64,000 nt of DNA from Niveibacterium umoris (GTDB taxonomy: Bacteria > Pseudomonadota > Gammaproteobacteria > Burkholderiales > Rhodocyclaceae), in assembly GCF_014197015.1 (NCBI RefSeq), contig NZ_JACIET010000001.1:2323392-2387391 (forward strand). The letters are read 5' to 3'. The position numbers were made by a program, and so were the translations under genes. Positions 1 through 9,504 of this stretch are shown here, piece after piece. The notes below the pieces were generated by a model. The model was not told where the DNA came from, ran no database searches, and was given only the letters and a program-made list of their open reading frames with translations. Positions within the stretch are counted from its first letter, which is position 1, and the number at the start of each line of letters is the position of its first letter.

Positions 1-1152
1 CTGCCCTTCGTGCTGCAGGTGCTCGTCGCGACCAACCTGCTGATCTACGCCGCGAGCGGAAATTTCGCGGTGTTCCGTTTCAGCCAGCTTGCCATCTTCC
101 TGTTCTTTCCCTTCATCGCACAGTGGGCGATGGGGAACTTCGTTACTGCGTCGGGCGTGATCCTTTGGGGGCTGCTCGCGCCGGTCGGAGCGCTGCTCTG
201 CGCCGGTCCGCGAGAATCGGTGCCCTGGTTCGTTGCCTACCTTTTCCTGACTTTGCTGACCGGAGGTTTCGACTTCCTGCTGGCCGACTACCTGATCGGC
301 ATGCCTGCGCCGGTGCCGCTGAAGGCATCCATGGCCTTCTTCGCGCTCAACTTCGCCACCATTTCGTCCATCGTATGGCTGCTGATGCGCTTTGCGATTC
401 TCGAACGCCAGAAGGCGCTCGCTGCGCTGGAAGACGCCCACCGCCTGCTTGGGATCGAGCAGGATCGGTCCGAACGCCTGCTGCTCAACATCCTCCCTCA
501 ACCGGTGGCGCAGCGCCTGAAAGACGACGACTGCACGATCGCCGACGGCTTCGCCGATGTCACGGTGATGTTCGCTGACATCGTCAGCTTTACCGAGCTC
601 GCGTCGGACATGACCCCGCAACAGGTGTTCGGGATGCTGAACCGGGTCTTCTCGAAGTTCGACGAGATGGCCGAGCGCCTCGGCCTGGAGAAGATCAAGA
701 CGATCGGCGACGCCTACATGGTGGCCGGCGGACTCAACACCGAATCAAACGACCCCTGCGCAGCCATCGCACAACTGGCGCTGGAGATGCGGGACTGGTT
801 GGCCGGCGCAGGCGCACGCGGCGCCAACCCGCTGCGGGTACGGATCGGCATCGGCACCGGGCCAGTGGTGGCCGGGGTGGTTGGCAAAAAGAAATTTATC
901 TACGACCTGTGGGGCGACACGGTGAACCTCGCCAGCCGCATTACCGGCGAGGGCGCGCCAGGGTCGATCCAATGCGACGCGGCCACCTACGCGCGCCTGC
1001 GCGACCGCTTCGTCTTCGAGCCCCCGCACATCGTGCCGATCAAGGGGAAAGGCACGGTGGTCGTGCACCGCCTCGCGGGGCGTCTGGGTCAGCAGGTCGG
1101 GCAAGCGTTGCCGACGCACCCTCAACGGGCCAAGGTACCCGGCGGCGCCTGA
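1..1152 (+). CDS. Class III adenylate/guanylate cyclase with N-terminal multi-TM domain (5' partial; frame open from nt 1)
   Basis: Translation has the cyclase catalytic motifs (FADIVSFTEL...KIKTIGDAYMVAGG...GDTVNLASR). The N-terminus is hydrophobic. The frame is open to the window edge. Confidence 0.8.
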   Translation: MPFVLQVLVATNLLIYAASGNFAVFRFSQLAIFLFFPFIAQWAMGNFVTASGVILWGLLAPVGALLCAGPRESVPWFVAYLFLTLLTGGFDFLLADYLIGMPAPVPLKASMAFFALNFATISSIVWLLMRFAILERQKALAALEDAHRLLGIEQDRSERLLLNILPQPVAQRLKDDDCTIADGFADVTVMFADIVSFTELASDMTPQQVFGMLNRVFSKFDEMAERLGLEKIKTIGDAYMVAGGLNTESNDPCAAIAQLALEMRDWLAGAGARGANPLRVRIGIGTGPVVAGVVGKKKFIYDLWGDTVNLASRITGEGAPGSIQCDAATYARLRDRFVFEPPHIVPIKGKGTVVVHRLAGRLGQQVGQALPTHPQRAKVPGGA

Positions 1153-2831
1153 TCGAGCCTGAAGCGCACCGCGCCGTCACGGTTTTCAACCAAGCGCACC
1201 TGCCAGCCAAGCAAGGCCGCCTCGCGCGCCAATTGCAGCATGCCCACCCCGAGCCCGGCTTCCGAGGTCAGCGGTTCGCGCATAAGGCGCGCGGCGCGGT
1301 CACGGGGCACTGCGGCACCATCATCCGAGACTTCCAGCACCACATGCCCCTGCTGCACCGCCAGATTCACTGTAATCACCGGCAAGCCGGCCGCGCCGGA
1401 CTTGTCGCGAGCATTCTGGACGCAGTTGTCGACAAAGCGGTCGAAGAGGCCGGCAGGCACGTTCAGTTGCGCAGGCGCTTCACCCACGCACGTCACGCCG
1501 TGCAGTCTGCTGCACAGCCGCGCCCACCAGGCATCCAGAAGCTCGATGTCGGCCGCACCGGACTCCGGCTGGCGCAACTTGTCGAGCGTCAGCCGTAATC
1601 GCGCAGCGAGCACCGGTAACTGGCGCTGGATCAGGATACGGGTGCCATCGGGGTCGCGCTCGAATCCGCTTTCCGCCACGTAGAGGATGGTCTCGAACGA
1701 CTGCAGCAGATTCTTTACGTCGTGCGTGAGTCGCGCGCCGGTTTCGTGAATCGCCCGCAGGTATCCGATTTCGGCCAGATCCGCGGCTTGCCGGCGTGCG
1801 AGCAGGAATTCTGCGAGGATCTTCACCATCAGATCCCAGCGCCACAGTGTCACCGCGTCGGCGGCGCCGCGCGTGCCAAAGGTCACTGTCAGCTCGCCAT
1901 GGGCGATGCGGGACGTATGGCGCCCCAATCGCCCAACGGCGCCCTCGGCACCGCCGCCGGCCTTCCAGTGCACACCAGTGACACCCGGCAAATCGAGGAT
2001 CCGGCGCACCGCGGCAGTCAGGAACGCATCGGCCGAACTCGCGCTGCGCGCCTCCTCCGACACTTCGCCCAGCCACTCTTCGAGCGGCAAGCCCCCGGCC
2101 AACGCGCGGCGAGACAGCAGCAGGGCAACACCAGAGTAACCGCCACGCGGATTCCACAACCACCCCAGCATCAGCAGCACCAGGGCGACCGAGACCACGG
2201 CGGCGATCAGCGCCCGCTCGTACGGCTCGCCGCCAAGAAACATGAAGGCCAGCGCGGTCAGCACAATGGTACCGACGGCCAGCATTGCCGTCGCCGCCGC
2301 TGCAAAGTCCGGCAGGGCCCCACTCGTCCGGTTTCGCCGCCTGAAAGCGAGCAGCGCGACCCCACCCACCAGCACATAGCCGGTATTGCAGGCCACTTTG
2401 GCGAGCAAGGCCCGTATATCCGGGTCTATCGGCACGCCAAACGGCACCAGCCAGGCAAACAGCGCCAGCGCCAGGTAGGCAAAGCCCAGTTCCTCAGGCA
2501 GTCGATCACGCCGTGAGCTGCGGGTTGCCGCCTGCGCGACGACCAGCCCCGCCAGCATCCCCACCCACACAGACAAGCTGACCCAGCCCAGCATCTGCTG
2601 GAAGCCGACAAGGCCGATCACCAGCAGCACGAAGGGCAGCACGTCGATGCGCCGGTCCGCCGACACCATCGGCTGCCAAAGCAAAAAGGCGCCGAGATGC
2701 GCCGTCAGCAGCATGCGTCCAACCCAGGTCTCGAAGCCGGCGACCAGCGCGAGTTGCAGGCACAGCAGCATCCCGGTCAGGACGTAACCCGGGTTGCGAA
2801 CCCGTTTGCGCCAATCCCCAAGCTGGCTCAT
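1122..2831 (-). CDS. Sensor histidine kinase with multi-TM N-terminal domain
   Basis: ATG at 2829-2831 (MSQLGDWRK). About 6 hydrophobic segments, then an H-box (HETGARLTHDVKNLL) and a C-terminal HATPase-like region. Converges on the cyclase with a 31-nt overlap. Confidence 0.75.
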   Translation of the reverse strand: MSQLGDWRKRVRNPGYVLTGMLLCLQLALVAGFETWVGRMLLTAHLGAFLLWQPMVSADRRIDVLPFVLLVIGLVGFQQMLGWVSLSVWVGMLAGLVVAQAATRSSRRDRLPEELGFAYLALALFAWLVPFGVPIDPDIRALLAKVACNTGYVLVGGVALLAFRRRNRTSGALPDFAAAATAMLAVGTIVLTALAFMFLGGEPYERALIAAVVSVALVLLMLGWLWNPRGGYSGVALLLSRRALAGGLPLEEWLGEVSEEARSASSADAFLTAAVRRILDLPGVTGVHWKAGGGAEGAVGRLGRHTSRIAHGELTVTFGTRGAADAVTLWRWDLMVKILAEFLLARRQAADLAEIGYLRAIHETGARLTHDVKNLLQSFETILYVAESGFERDPDGTRILIQRQLPVLAARLRLTLDKLRQPESGAADIELLDAWWARLCSRLHGVTCVGEAPAQLNVPAGLFDRFVDNCVQNARDKSGAAGLPVITVNLAVQQGHVVLEVSDDGAAVPRDRAARLMREPLTSEAGLGVGMLQLAREAALLGWQVRLVENRDGAVRFRLDQAPPGTLAR

Positions 2832-2869
2832 GTCGCCACCGCCAAAACGTCTGTTTTTAGTCGCCACAG

Positions 2870-2885
2870 TGTCGATTTTTCGACA
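2870..2885. promoter_or_regulatory. Palindrome TGTCG-N6-CGACA, candidate enhancer/operator in the divergent HK/pilin intergenic region
   Basis: The sequence tgtcgatttttcgaca is a perfect inverted repeat, about 75 bp upstream of the sigma54-like element. Confidence 0.3.
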
Positions 2886-2958
2886 GATTCCTCGCGACGG
2901 GGGCGCCGCCGGCGGCAAGAAGCCCACACGCCAGCTGTCACGACGGCGTCACACACCC

Positions 2959-2975
2959 GGGCACGCCTCGTGCTT
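2959..2975 (+). promoter_or_regulatory. Candidate sigma54 (-24/-12) promoter for the prepilin gene
   Basis: gGGCACGcctcgTGCTt fits TGGCAC-N5-TTGCA spacing (GG...GC). It ends about 40 nt before ATG 3015. Confidence 0.35.
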
Positions 2976-3014
2976 GAAGATTCGCAACGCAACTTGTTCA
3001 TCTGGGAATCCATC

Positions 3015-3608
3015 ATGAGACGGCAAGCCGGTTTCACCCTCGTCGAAATGGCGATTGTATTGGTCATCATCGGCCTGCTGCTGGGCGGCGTGCTCAAGGG
3101 GCAGGAGTTGATCGAGAGCGCGAAGGTCAAGAATATTGCGCAAGACATGCGCGCGATCTCGGTCGCAGTACTCACCTATCAGGACAAGTATCGGGCACTG
3201 CCGGGGGATGACAAGAGCGCGTCTGCACGTTGGTCGGGAGCCTGCGCCAAGGGTGATGGAAATGGCCTGATCGACAACACGGATGAAATCGAATGTGCAT
3301 GGGATCATTTGCGACGCGCCAACCTGCTGACCGGCGACCCAAGCGCGGGCGCGCCGGTTCATGCCGACGCTGGCACCTTCACCGTCACGAGCACCAAGGC
3401 CAGTGCGCTGGTCACGGACACGCCGGGCACCCTGATCGTTTGTGCGAACAACATCCGCGGCCGGCATGTGTTGCCGCTCGATGCAATGCTTGACAACGGC
3501 GTAATCAACACTGGCTCCATGCGGAGCCTCAAAGGTTCCACCCCCGGGGCCTCCGCCAGCGCGGCGGTAGACGAAGGCGACTCATACGTGGTTTGTATGG
3601 GTTTCTAA
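3015..3608 (+). CDS. Prepilin-type N-terminal cleavage/methylation domain protein (type IV pilin-like / pseudopilin)
   Basis: N-terminus MRRQAGFTLVEMAIVLVIIGLLLGGVL is a classic prepilin leader plus hydrophobic helix. No other pilus genes are adjacent. Confidence 0.8.
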   Translation: MRRQAGFTLVEMAIVLVIIGLLLGGVLKGQELIESAKVKNIAQDMRAISVAVLTYQDKYRALPGDDKSASARWSGACAKGDGNGLIDNTDEIECAWDHLRRANLLTGDPSAGAPVHADAGTFTVTSTKASALVTDTPGTLIVCANNIRGRHVLPLDAMLDNGVINTGSMRSLKGSTPGASASAAVDEGDSYVVCMGF

Positions 3609-3659
3609 GGGCGCCGACGATCGCGATAGAACGGGCCGCAGCATGCGGCCCGATTGCTT

Positions 3660-5636
3660 TCACCCCCCCTGCAACAGTCGCGTTTCGGCCGACGCCAGCG
3701 CTTCCGGCGTTCCAAGCAAGACCACCACATCGCCGGACTCGAACACCAACTCCGGTTCGGGATTGAGCGCACGGATGCCGCGCCGGCGCACGGCCGACAC
3801 TTTCGCGCCCGCATCGGGCAAGGCCAGGTCGGCGATCGAACGACCGATACAGCGCGCGCCGTCGGTGAGCGCCACCGAATGCAATCGCTCCAGCGTCGCC
3901 TCCGGATCGTCTGCGGCGTCCGAACGGCCATGGAAGTAGCCCCGCAGTAAGGCGTAGCGCTGCGAGCGGATGTCGCGCACGCGGCGGATGACCCGCGACA
4001 AGGGCACGCCGGTCAGCGCCATGGTGTGACTCGCCAGCGTGATGCTGGTTTCGAAAATGTCGGTCACGACTTCGGCGGCGCCCTCGCGCGTCAGCTTCTC
4101 AAGCTGTGCCTCCTCGATGGCCCGGACCACGACCGGAATGTCCGGACGCAACTCGCGCACCAGATCCATCACGCGGCAGGCGGATCCGACGTCGGCATAG
4201 GAGACGACCACCGCGGCGGCGCGCGCAACGCCGGCGGCGATCAAGGTCTCGCGCCGAGCAGCATCGCCGTAAACAACGGTCTCGCCGGCAGAGGCCGCCT
4301 CACGCACGCGATCCGGATCGAGATCCAGCGCGACATAGGCCACGCCTTCCTGTTCCACAAAACGCGCCAGCAACTGCCCGGTGCGACCATAGCCGCAGAT
4401 GATGACGTGCCGCTCGGTACTCAGTGATTGCGCCGCGACGCGGGTCAGTTCCATCGAGCGCAGCATCCATTCCGACGCCACGAATCGCATGACCAGGCGG
4501 TTGCTCCACTGCACGAGGAACGGCGCGACCAGCAACGACAGCACCACCGCCGCCACCGCAGACTGAATCAGAACCGCGCTGCCGAGCCCGTTGGCCGACA
4601 TCTGCGACAAGAGCACAAAGCCGAATTCGCCCCCGGCGCACAACCACAGGCCGGTGCGCACAGCGTTGCCGGGCGTTGCGCCGAACACCCGTGCGGCCGC
4701 CAGCACCACCGCGAACTTGGCGAGCAGCATGACGACCAGCAGTCCAAGGACCAGCAGAACGTGATCGATGATCACCCTGCCGTCGAGGAAGGTGCCAACG
4801 GTGACGAGGAACAAACCGAGGAGCACATCGCGGAAGGGCTTGATGTCCTCTTCGACGCGGTAGCGATACTCGGTCTCGGAAATCAGCATGCCCGCGACAA
4901 AAGCACCGAGCGCGAGCGACAGGCCGAAGTGATCGGTCAGCCAGGCGAGGCCCAAGGTCACCAGCAGCACGTTGAGCATGAACAGTTGTGAAGATCGCCG
5001 CCGCGCAACGATGAGGAACCAGCGACCGAGCAAACGTTGCCCGAAATACAGCACCGTCGCGAGCAGGACGGTGGCCTTGAGCCCAGCGAGCATCAGCAGG
5101 CGCAGCTGGGCATCGGGCGGCTGCGACAGCGCCGGAATGAGTACCAGCAAGGGCACCACCGCCAAATCCTGGAACAGCAACACACCCATGACCATGCGGC
5201 CATGCGGAGCGTCGAGTTCGAGCCTATCAATCAAGAGCTTCGACAGCAGCGCGGTGGACGACATCGCGAGCGCGCCGCCAAGCACCAGCGCAGCCCCCAG
5301 CGGCACGCCGAGCAAACCGCCCAGCGCCAGCGACAACAAGGTCGTGGCACCCACCTGCGCAGCGCCAAGCCCGAACACCAGGCGCTTCATGCTCAGGAGG
5401 TGGGGCAGCGAAAATTCGAGGCCGATGGTGAACATCAGGAACACCACGCCGAACTCGGCCAGCGCACGTGCGGACGCCTCATCCGGAATCAAGCCGAACC
5501 CGGCCCGGCCGATGAGCGCGCCGATCGCGAGGTAGGCCAACTCACCCGGCAAGCGCAGACGATTGAACAGCATGACGCCGGCCACCGAGGCGCCCAGCAA
5601 CAGCAGCACGAAGTCGAGCGTATGGGTCAGGTGCAT
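3660..5636 (-). CDS. CPA2-family K+/H+ antiporter (KefB/YbaL-like) with TrkA-N and TrkA-C (RCK) domains
   Basis: ATG at 5634-5636 (MHLTHTLDFVLL). A 12-TM antiporter core is followed by a Rossmann GxGxxG region (ICGYGRTGQ) and a C-terminal RCK_C domain. The longer track ORF extension overlaps kdsD and was rejected. Confidence 0.85.
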   Translation of the reverse strand: MHLTHTLDFVLLLLGASVAGVMLFNRLRLPGELAYLAIGALIGRAGFGLIPDEASARALAEFGVVFLMFTIGLEFSLPHLLSMKRLVFGLGAAQVGATTLLSLALGGLLGVPLGAALVLGGALAMSSTALLSKLLIDRLELDAPHGRMVMGVLLFQDLAVVPLLVLIPALSQPPDAQLRLLMLAGLKATVLLATVLYFGQRLLGRWFLIVARRRSSQLFMLNVLLVTLGLAWLTDHFGLSLALGAFVAGMLISETEYRYRVEEDIKPFRDVLLGLFLVTVGTFLDGRVIIDHVLLVLGLLVVMLLAKFAVVLAAARVFGATPGNAVRTGLWLCAGGEFGFVLLSQMSANGLGSAVLIQSAVAAVVLSLLVAPFLVQWSNRLVMRFVASEWMLRSMELTRVAAQSLSTERHVIICGYGRTGQLLARFVEQEGVAYVALDLDPDRVREAASAGETVVYGDAARRETLIAAGVARAAAVVVSYADVGSACRVMDLVRELRPDIPVVVRAIEEAQLEKLTREGAAEVVTDIFETSITLASHTMALTGVPLSRVIRRVRDIRSQRYALLRGYFHGRSDAADDPEATLERLHSVALTDGARCIGRSIADLALPDAGAKVSAVRRRGIRALNPEPELVFESGDVVVLLGTPEALASAETRLLQGG

Positions 5637-5727
5637 TCTCTCGGCGCGGATCCGTAGTGCGGGAGATCGCGGAGGCCGCGAGAACCCGTCTGATATACTC
5701 AAAACCAAGTGTAACCGCAGCGTGACC

Positions 5728-6732
5728 ATGCAAGAAACCAAGCCACAAGCCGTTTCCCGAGCGACCGACGAAGAATTGCTGGCGCTCGGCCGCGATGTCC
5801 TGACGATTGAAGCCGAGGCTGTCGTCGCGCTGGCCGGCAGGCTGGACGGCAGCTTTGTCGCCGCGACCCGGATGATCCTCGGCGCCACCGGCCGGGTGAT
5901 CGTGACAGGGGTCGGCAAGTCCGGCCACATCGGGCGCAAGCTAGCGGCAACCTTTGCCTCGACCGGCACGCCGGCGTATTTCGTTCACGCCGCCGAAGCT
6001 GCCCACGGCGACCTTGGCATGATCACCGCCGCAGACGTGGTGATCGCGCTGTCGAACTCCGGCACGACCGCCGAAGTGCTGACGATCGCGCCGCTGATCA
6101 AGCGGCACGGCGCCCGTCTCATCGCGATTACCGGCAACCCGTCGTCCGCCCTGGCCAAACTGGCCGACGTACACCTCGACGCCACGATCGAGCGCGAAGC
6201 CTGCCCGCTGAATCTCGCGCCCACCGCGAGTACTACGGCGGCGCTGGCGCTCGGCGACGCACTCGCAGTCGCGCTCCTTGATGCGCGTGGCTTCGGCCCG
6301 GACGATTTCGCCCGCTCTCATCCGGGCGGCGCGCTCGGCCGCAGGCTCCTGACGCGGGTATCGGACGTGATGCGCACCGGGGAACGCATCCCGCGTGTGG
6401 CCGAATCCGCCAGCTTCGCCGAAGCTTTGCTGGAGGTGACGCGTGGCGGCATGGGCATGACCGCGATCGTGACCCCCGACAACCATGCGATCGGCATCTT
6501 CACCGACGGCGACCTGCGCCGCCTGCTCGGCGCCCAGACCGATTTCCGAGGGCTGGCGGTCGCCGAAGTCATGCACCGCAATCCGCGCAGCATCGCCCCG
6601 GATGCGCTCGCTGCAGAAGCGGCCGCGACCATGGAGCGCGCACGCATCAATCAGATCCTGGTCGTCGACGAGAGCGGGTTGCTGGTTGGCGCGCTCAACA
6701 CGCACGACTTGATGGACGCCAAGGTGATCTGA
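5728..6732 (+). CDS. kdsD: Arabinose-5-phosphate isomerase (SIS + tandem CBS domains)
   Basis: SIS motif VTGVGKSGHIGRKLAATFASTGTPA and C-terminal CBS pair. ATG at 5728. Immediately followed by kdsC-lptC-lptA. Confidence 0.9.
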   Translation: MQETKPQAVSRATDEELLALGRDVLTIEAEAVVALAGRLDGSFVAATRMILGATGRVIVTGVGKSGHIGRKLAATFASTGTPAYFVHAAEAAHGDLGMITAADVVIALSNSGTTAEVLTIAPLIKRHGARLIAITGNPSSALAKLADVHLDATIEREACPLNLAPTASTTAALALGDALAVALLDARGFGPDDFARSHPGGALGRRLLTRVSDVMRTGERIPRVAESASFAEALLEVTRGGMGMTAIVTPDNHAIGIFTDGDLRRLLGAQTDFRGLAVAEVMHRNPRSIAPDALAAEAAATMERARINQILVVDESGLLVGALNTHDLMDAKVI

Positions 6733-7259
6733 TGGAACGCGCGATCGAACGAGCTGCACGGCTGAAATTGATGGCCTTCGATGTGGACGGCGTGCTGACC
6801 GACGGCACGATCTGGTTCACCGCGGAGGGCGATGTCATGAAGGGGTTCTCAACCCTGGACGGACATGGCTTGAAGATGCTGCAGCAGTCGGGCATCGAAC
6901 TGGCGATCATTACCGGCCGCCGCTCGCGTGCGCTCGAGCAACGCTGCGAAAATCTGCAGATCAAGCGCCTGTACCAGGGCGTCGAGGACAAACGCGCGGT
7001 GCTGCACGAGCTGCTGCGCGAGCTTGGGCTCGATGCGGATGAGGCCGGCTACATGGGGGACGACGTCGTCGACCTGCCCATCCTGCGTGCCTGCGGCTTC
7101 TCCGCGACAACCGCGGATGGACACACGCTGGTTCGCGCCCACGTCGACATGGTTGCCAGCCGCCCCGGTGGGCGAGGCGCTGCGCGCGAAGTGTGCGACT
7201 TCATTCTCGCCGCGCAGAACAAACTCGACGCGCTGCACGCACGCTATCTCGCGGACTGA
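6732..7259 (+). CDS. kdsC: 3-deoxy-D-manno-octulosonate 8-phosphate phosphatase
   Basis: HAD motif LMAFDVDGVLTDG. The start overlaps the kdsD stop (TGATG). Confidence 0.9.
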   Translation: MERAIERAARLKLMAFDVDGVLTDGTIWFTAEGDVMKGFSTLDGHGLKMLQQSGIELAIITGRRSRALEQRCENLQIKRLYQGVEDKRAVLHELLRELGLDADEAGYMGDDVVDLPILRACGFSATTADGHTLVRAHVDMVASRPGGRGAAREVCDFILAAQNKLDALHARYLAD

Positions 7260-7840
7260 TGAAACGCACCTGGTCCGCACTGTTTCCGGTGTTGCTCGCG
7301 GCGATGCTCGCCGGCATGGCATTCTGGCTGGAGCAGTACGTCCGCTCCCAGGCAAGCCATCCGGACGGACGTTTTCGCCACGACCCCGACATGATCGCCA
7401 CGCATTCGGTGCAGGAGCGCTTCGACGCAACCGGCAAGCGGTTGTACGTGCTCGAAGCCGCGGTCGCCAAACACTATCCGGATGACGATTCAACGCATGT
7501 CGACGACGCGCGCCTTCAACACTTCGGCAAGCCGCAGACGCTTCACGTCACCGCACGCAATGCCGTGGTCAGCGGCCCCGGCGACGAGGTTCGCCTGATT
7601 GGCGATGTGAGAGGCGTACGTGATGCGGCGGAAGACATCCCGGAAACCACGTTCGAAACCAGCGAAATCCTGATCCGCCCGAATGAAGAGAAGGCAACGA
7701 CAGACAAGCCGGTGCACATGACACGCGGCCGCTCTGTGATCGACGGCGTCGGCCTCGATATCGACCAGATCAACGGCGTCGCTGTCATCGGTCAGGTGCG
7801 CGCGACGCTGTACCGCAACACACAAGGGATCGGGAAATGA
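7259..7840 (+). CDS. lptC: LPS export system protein LptC
   Basis: Single N-terminal TM (MKRTWSALFPVLLAAMLAGMAFWL) in the conserved position between kdsC and lptA. ATG overlaps the kdsC stop. Confidence 0.8.
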   Translation: MKRTWSALFPVLLAAMLAGMAFWLEQYVRSQASHPDGRFRHDPDMIATHSVQERFDATGKRLYVLEAAVAKHYPDDDSTHVDDARLQHFGKPQTLHVTARNAVVSGPGDEVRLIGDVRGVRDAAEDIPETTFETSEILIRPNEEKATTDKPVHMTRGRSVIDGVGLDIDQINGVAVIGQVRATLYRNTQGIGK

Positions 7841-8412
7841 GACTCGCAAGCAAGGCACGGCAGCTCTTCGCGCTCGGCGCCGTGGCACTCACTGCCTTCA
7901 CGGCCCCCGCCTTCGCGGAGCGCTCGGACCGCGACAAGCCAGTGAACGTCGAAGCAGACCGCGTCACCGTTGACGACAAGAACAAGGTTCAAATCTTCGA
8001 AGGCCGGGTCAAACTCACACAGGGCACGCTGACCATCGTCGCCGACAAACTTGTCGTAACCCAGGACATCGAGGGCTTCCAGAAGGGCGTCGCGACCGGC
8101 GGGCAGGACGGTCTCGCCCGTTTCAAGCAGAAGCGGGAGCTCAAGGACGAGTGGGTGAATGGCGAGGCGGAACGGATCGAGTACGACGCGAAGACCGATC
8201 TGGTACAGCTGTTCAATCGCGCCAAGGTCGTCAGCGGCAAGGACGAGGTCGTCGGCCAATACATCAACTACGACGGCTACAACGAAACCTACCTCGTCAC
8301 CAACGGGCCGAACGCGACCGTCGTACCGAACACCGATGCACGTGTGAAGGTCACGATCCAGCCGAAAAAGCAGGAAGCGAAAGCCGCGCCGGCCGGTGGC
8401 GCGGCGCGCTGA
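7837..8412 (+). CDS. lptA: LPS transport periplasmic protein LptA
   Basis: Signal peptide plus OstA-like repeats (VNVEADRVTVDDKNKVQIFEGRVKLTQGTLTIVADKLVV). ATGA overlap with lptC. Confidence 0.85.
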   Translation: MRLASKARQLFALGAVALTAFTAPAFAERSDRDKPVNVEADRVTVDDKNKVQIFEGRVKLTQGTLTIVADKLVVTQDIEGFQKGVATGGQDGLARFKQKRELKDEWVNGEAERIEYDAKTDLVQLFNRAKVVSGKDEVVGQYINYDGYNETYLVTNGPNATVVPNTDARVKVTIQPKKQEAKAAPAGGAAR

Positions 8413-8468
8413 TCAGCCATACATGACGCCCTTGCTTGTGGAGGCCCGGGCGTAGGAGGGGGACGCGC

Positions 8469-9245
8469 ATGGAATACCAGACCATTCTGGTCGAACAGCG
8501 GGAACGCGTCGGCCTGATTACGCTCAACCGCCCCAAGGCGCTCAACGCCTTGAACGACGCCCTGATTGATGAACTCGGCGCAGCGCTCGACAGCTTCGAA
8601 GCGGACGATGGCATCGGCGCCATCGTGATCACTGGCTCTGAGAAGGCCTTCGCCGCCGGCGCTGACATCAGCGCGATGGCAGGCTGGGACTACGTCGACG
8701 TCTACAAGTCCGACTTCATCACCCGCAACTGGGAACGCGTGCGCCGCGCGCGCAAACCGATCATTGCCGCCGTCGCCGGTTTCGCCCTGGGCGGTGGCTG
8801 TGAGTTGGCGATGATGTGCGACATCATCATCGCGGCCGACACGGCGAAATTCGGTCAGCCGGAAGTCAAGCTCGGCATTCTGCCCGGCGCCGGCGGTACA
8901 CAGCGGCTGCCGCGCGCAGTGGGCAAGGCCAAGGCGATGGACCTGTGCCTCACCGCCCGCTTCATGGACGCCACCGAGGCCGAGAAGGCCGGACTCGTGT
9001 CGCGGGTGGTTCCGGCCGAACGCGTGCTTGAGGAAGCACTGGGCGCCGCGCAAGCGATCGCCAGCTATTCGCTGCCGATCGTCATGATGATCAAGGAATC
9101 CATCAACCGCGCCTACGAAAGCCCCCTCTCTGAGGGCTTGCTATTTGAGCGGCGCGTCTTCCACGCCGCGTTCTCGCTTGCCGACAAGCGCGAAGGCATG
9201 GCCGCCTTCCTCGAAAAGCGCGCAGCAAAGTTCAGCCACCGCTGA
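8469..9245 (+). CDS. Enoyl-CoA hydratase (crotonase family)
   Basis: Crotonase motifs ([12 protein letters not shown]...[19 protein letters not shown]). ATG at 8469. Confidence 0.85.
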   Translation: MEYQTILVEQRERVGLITLNRPKALNALNDALIDELGAALDSFEADDGIGAIVITGSEKAFAAGADISAMAGWDYVDVYKSDFITRNWERVRRARKPIIAAVAGFALGGGCELAMMCDIIIAADTAKFGQPEVKLGILPGAGGTQRLPRAVGKAKAMDLCLTARFMDATEAEKAGLVSRVVPAERVLEEALGAAQAIASYSLPIVMMIKESINRAYESPLSEGLLFERRVFHAAFSLADKREGMAAFLEKRAAKFSHR

Positions 9246-9398
9246 GCTACCGACGCACGCCCGGCGTCATCCCCACGTCATGATGCAAAGCGCAAACTTG
9301 TGGCCAGCAGGCCGCAGGCTGAGGCGCATTTGAAGTCAGGAAATCCGTTTTCCATAAAGACTTGGCGACTCCCTGCGGCGTGCCTGTCACAGCAGATA

Positions 9399-9466
9399 TT
9401 GCAGCGCAACAAAAAGAGCTTGACGACGTGAAAGTCGTCTCTATAATCGAAATTGTTGCGGTGCAA
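9399..9466 (+). promoter_or_regulatory. phaP promoter region: -35 TTGACG (9420-9425), 16-nt spacer, -10 TATAAT (9442-9447), flanked by two TTGC-N3-GCAA palindromes (9399-9409, 9456-9466)
   Basis: Near-consensus sigma70 hexamers. The palindromes ttgcagcgcaa and ttgcggtgcaa bracket the -35 element and the predicted TSS. An additional dyad gacgacgtgaaagtcgtc lies in the spacer. Confidence 0.5.
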
Positions 9467-9504
9467 AATCTTTTTGCCCTGAGTTCATCTAAAGGAGATT
9501 CACC

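Noticed and set aside
3660-5969. 769-aa version of the CPA2 antiporter ORF
   Set aside because: The upstream extension overlaps the divergent kdsD gene and lacks hydrophobic character. The internal ATG at 5636 gives a canonical N-terminus.
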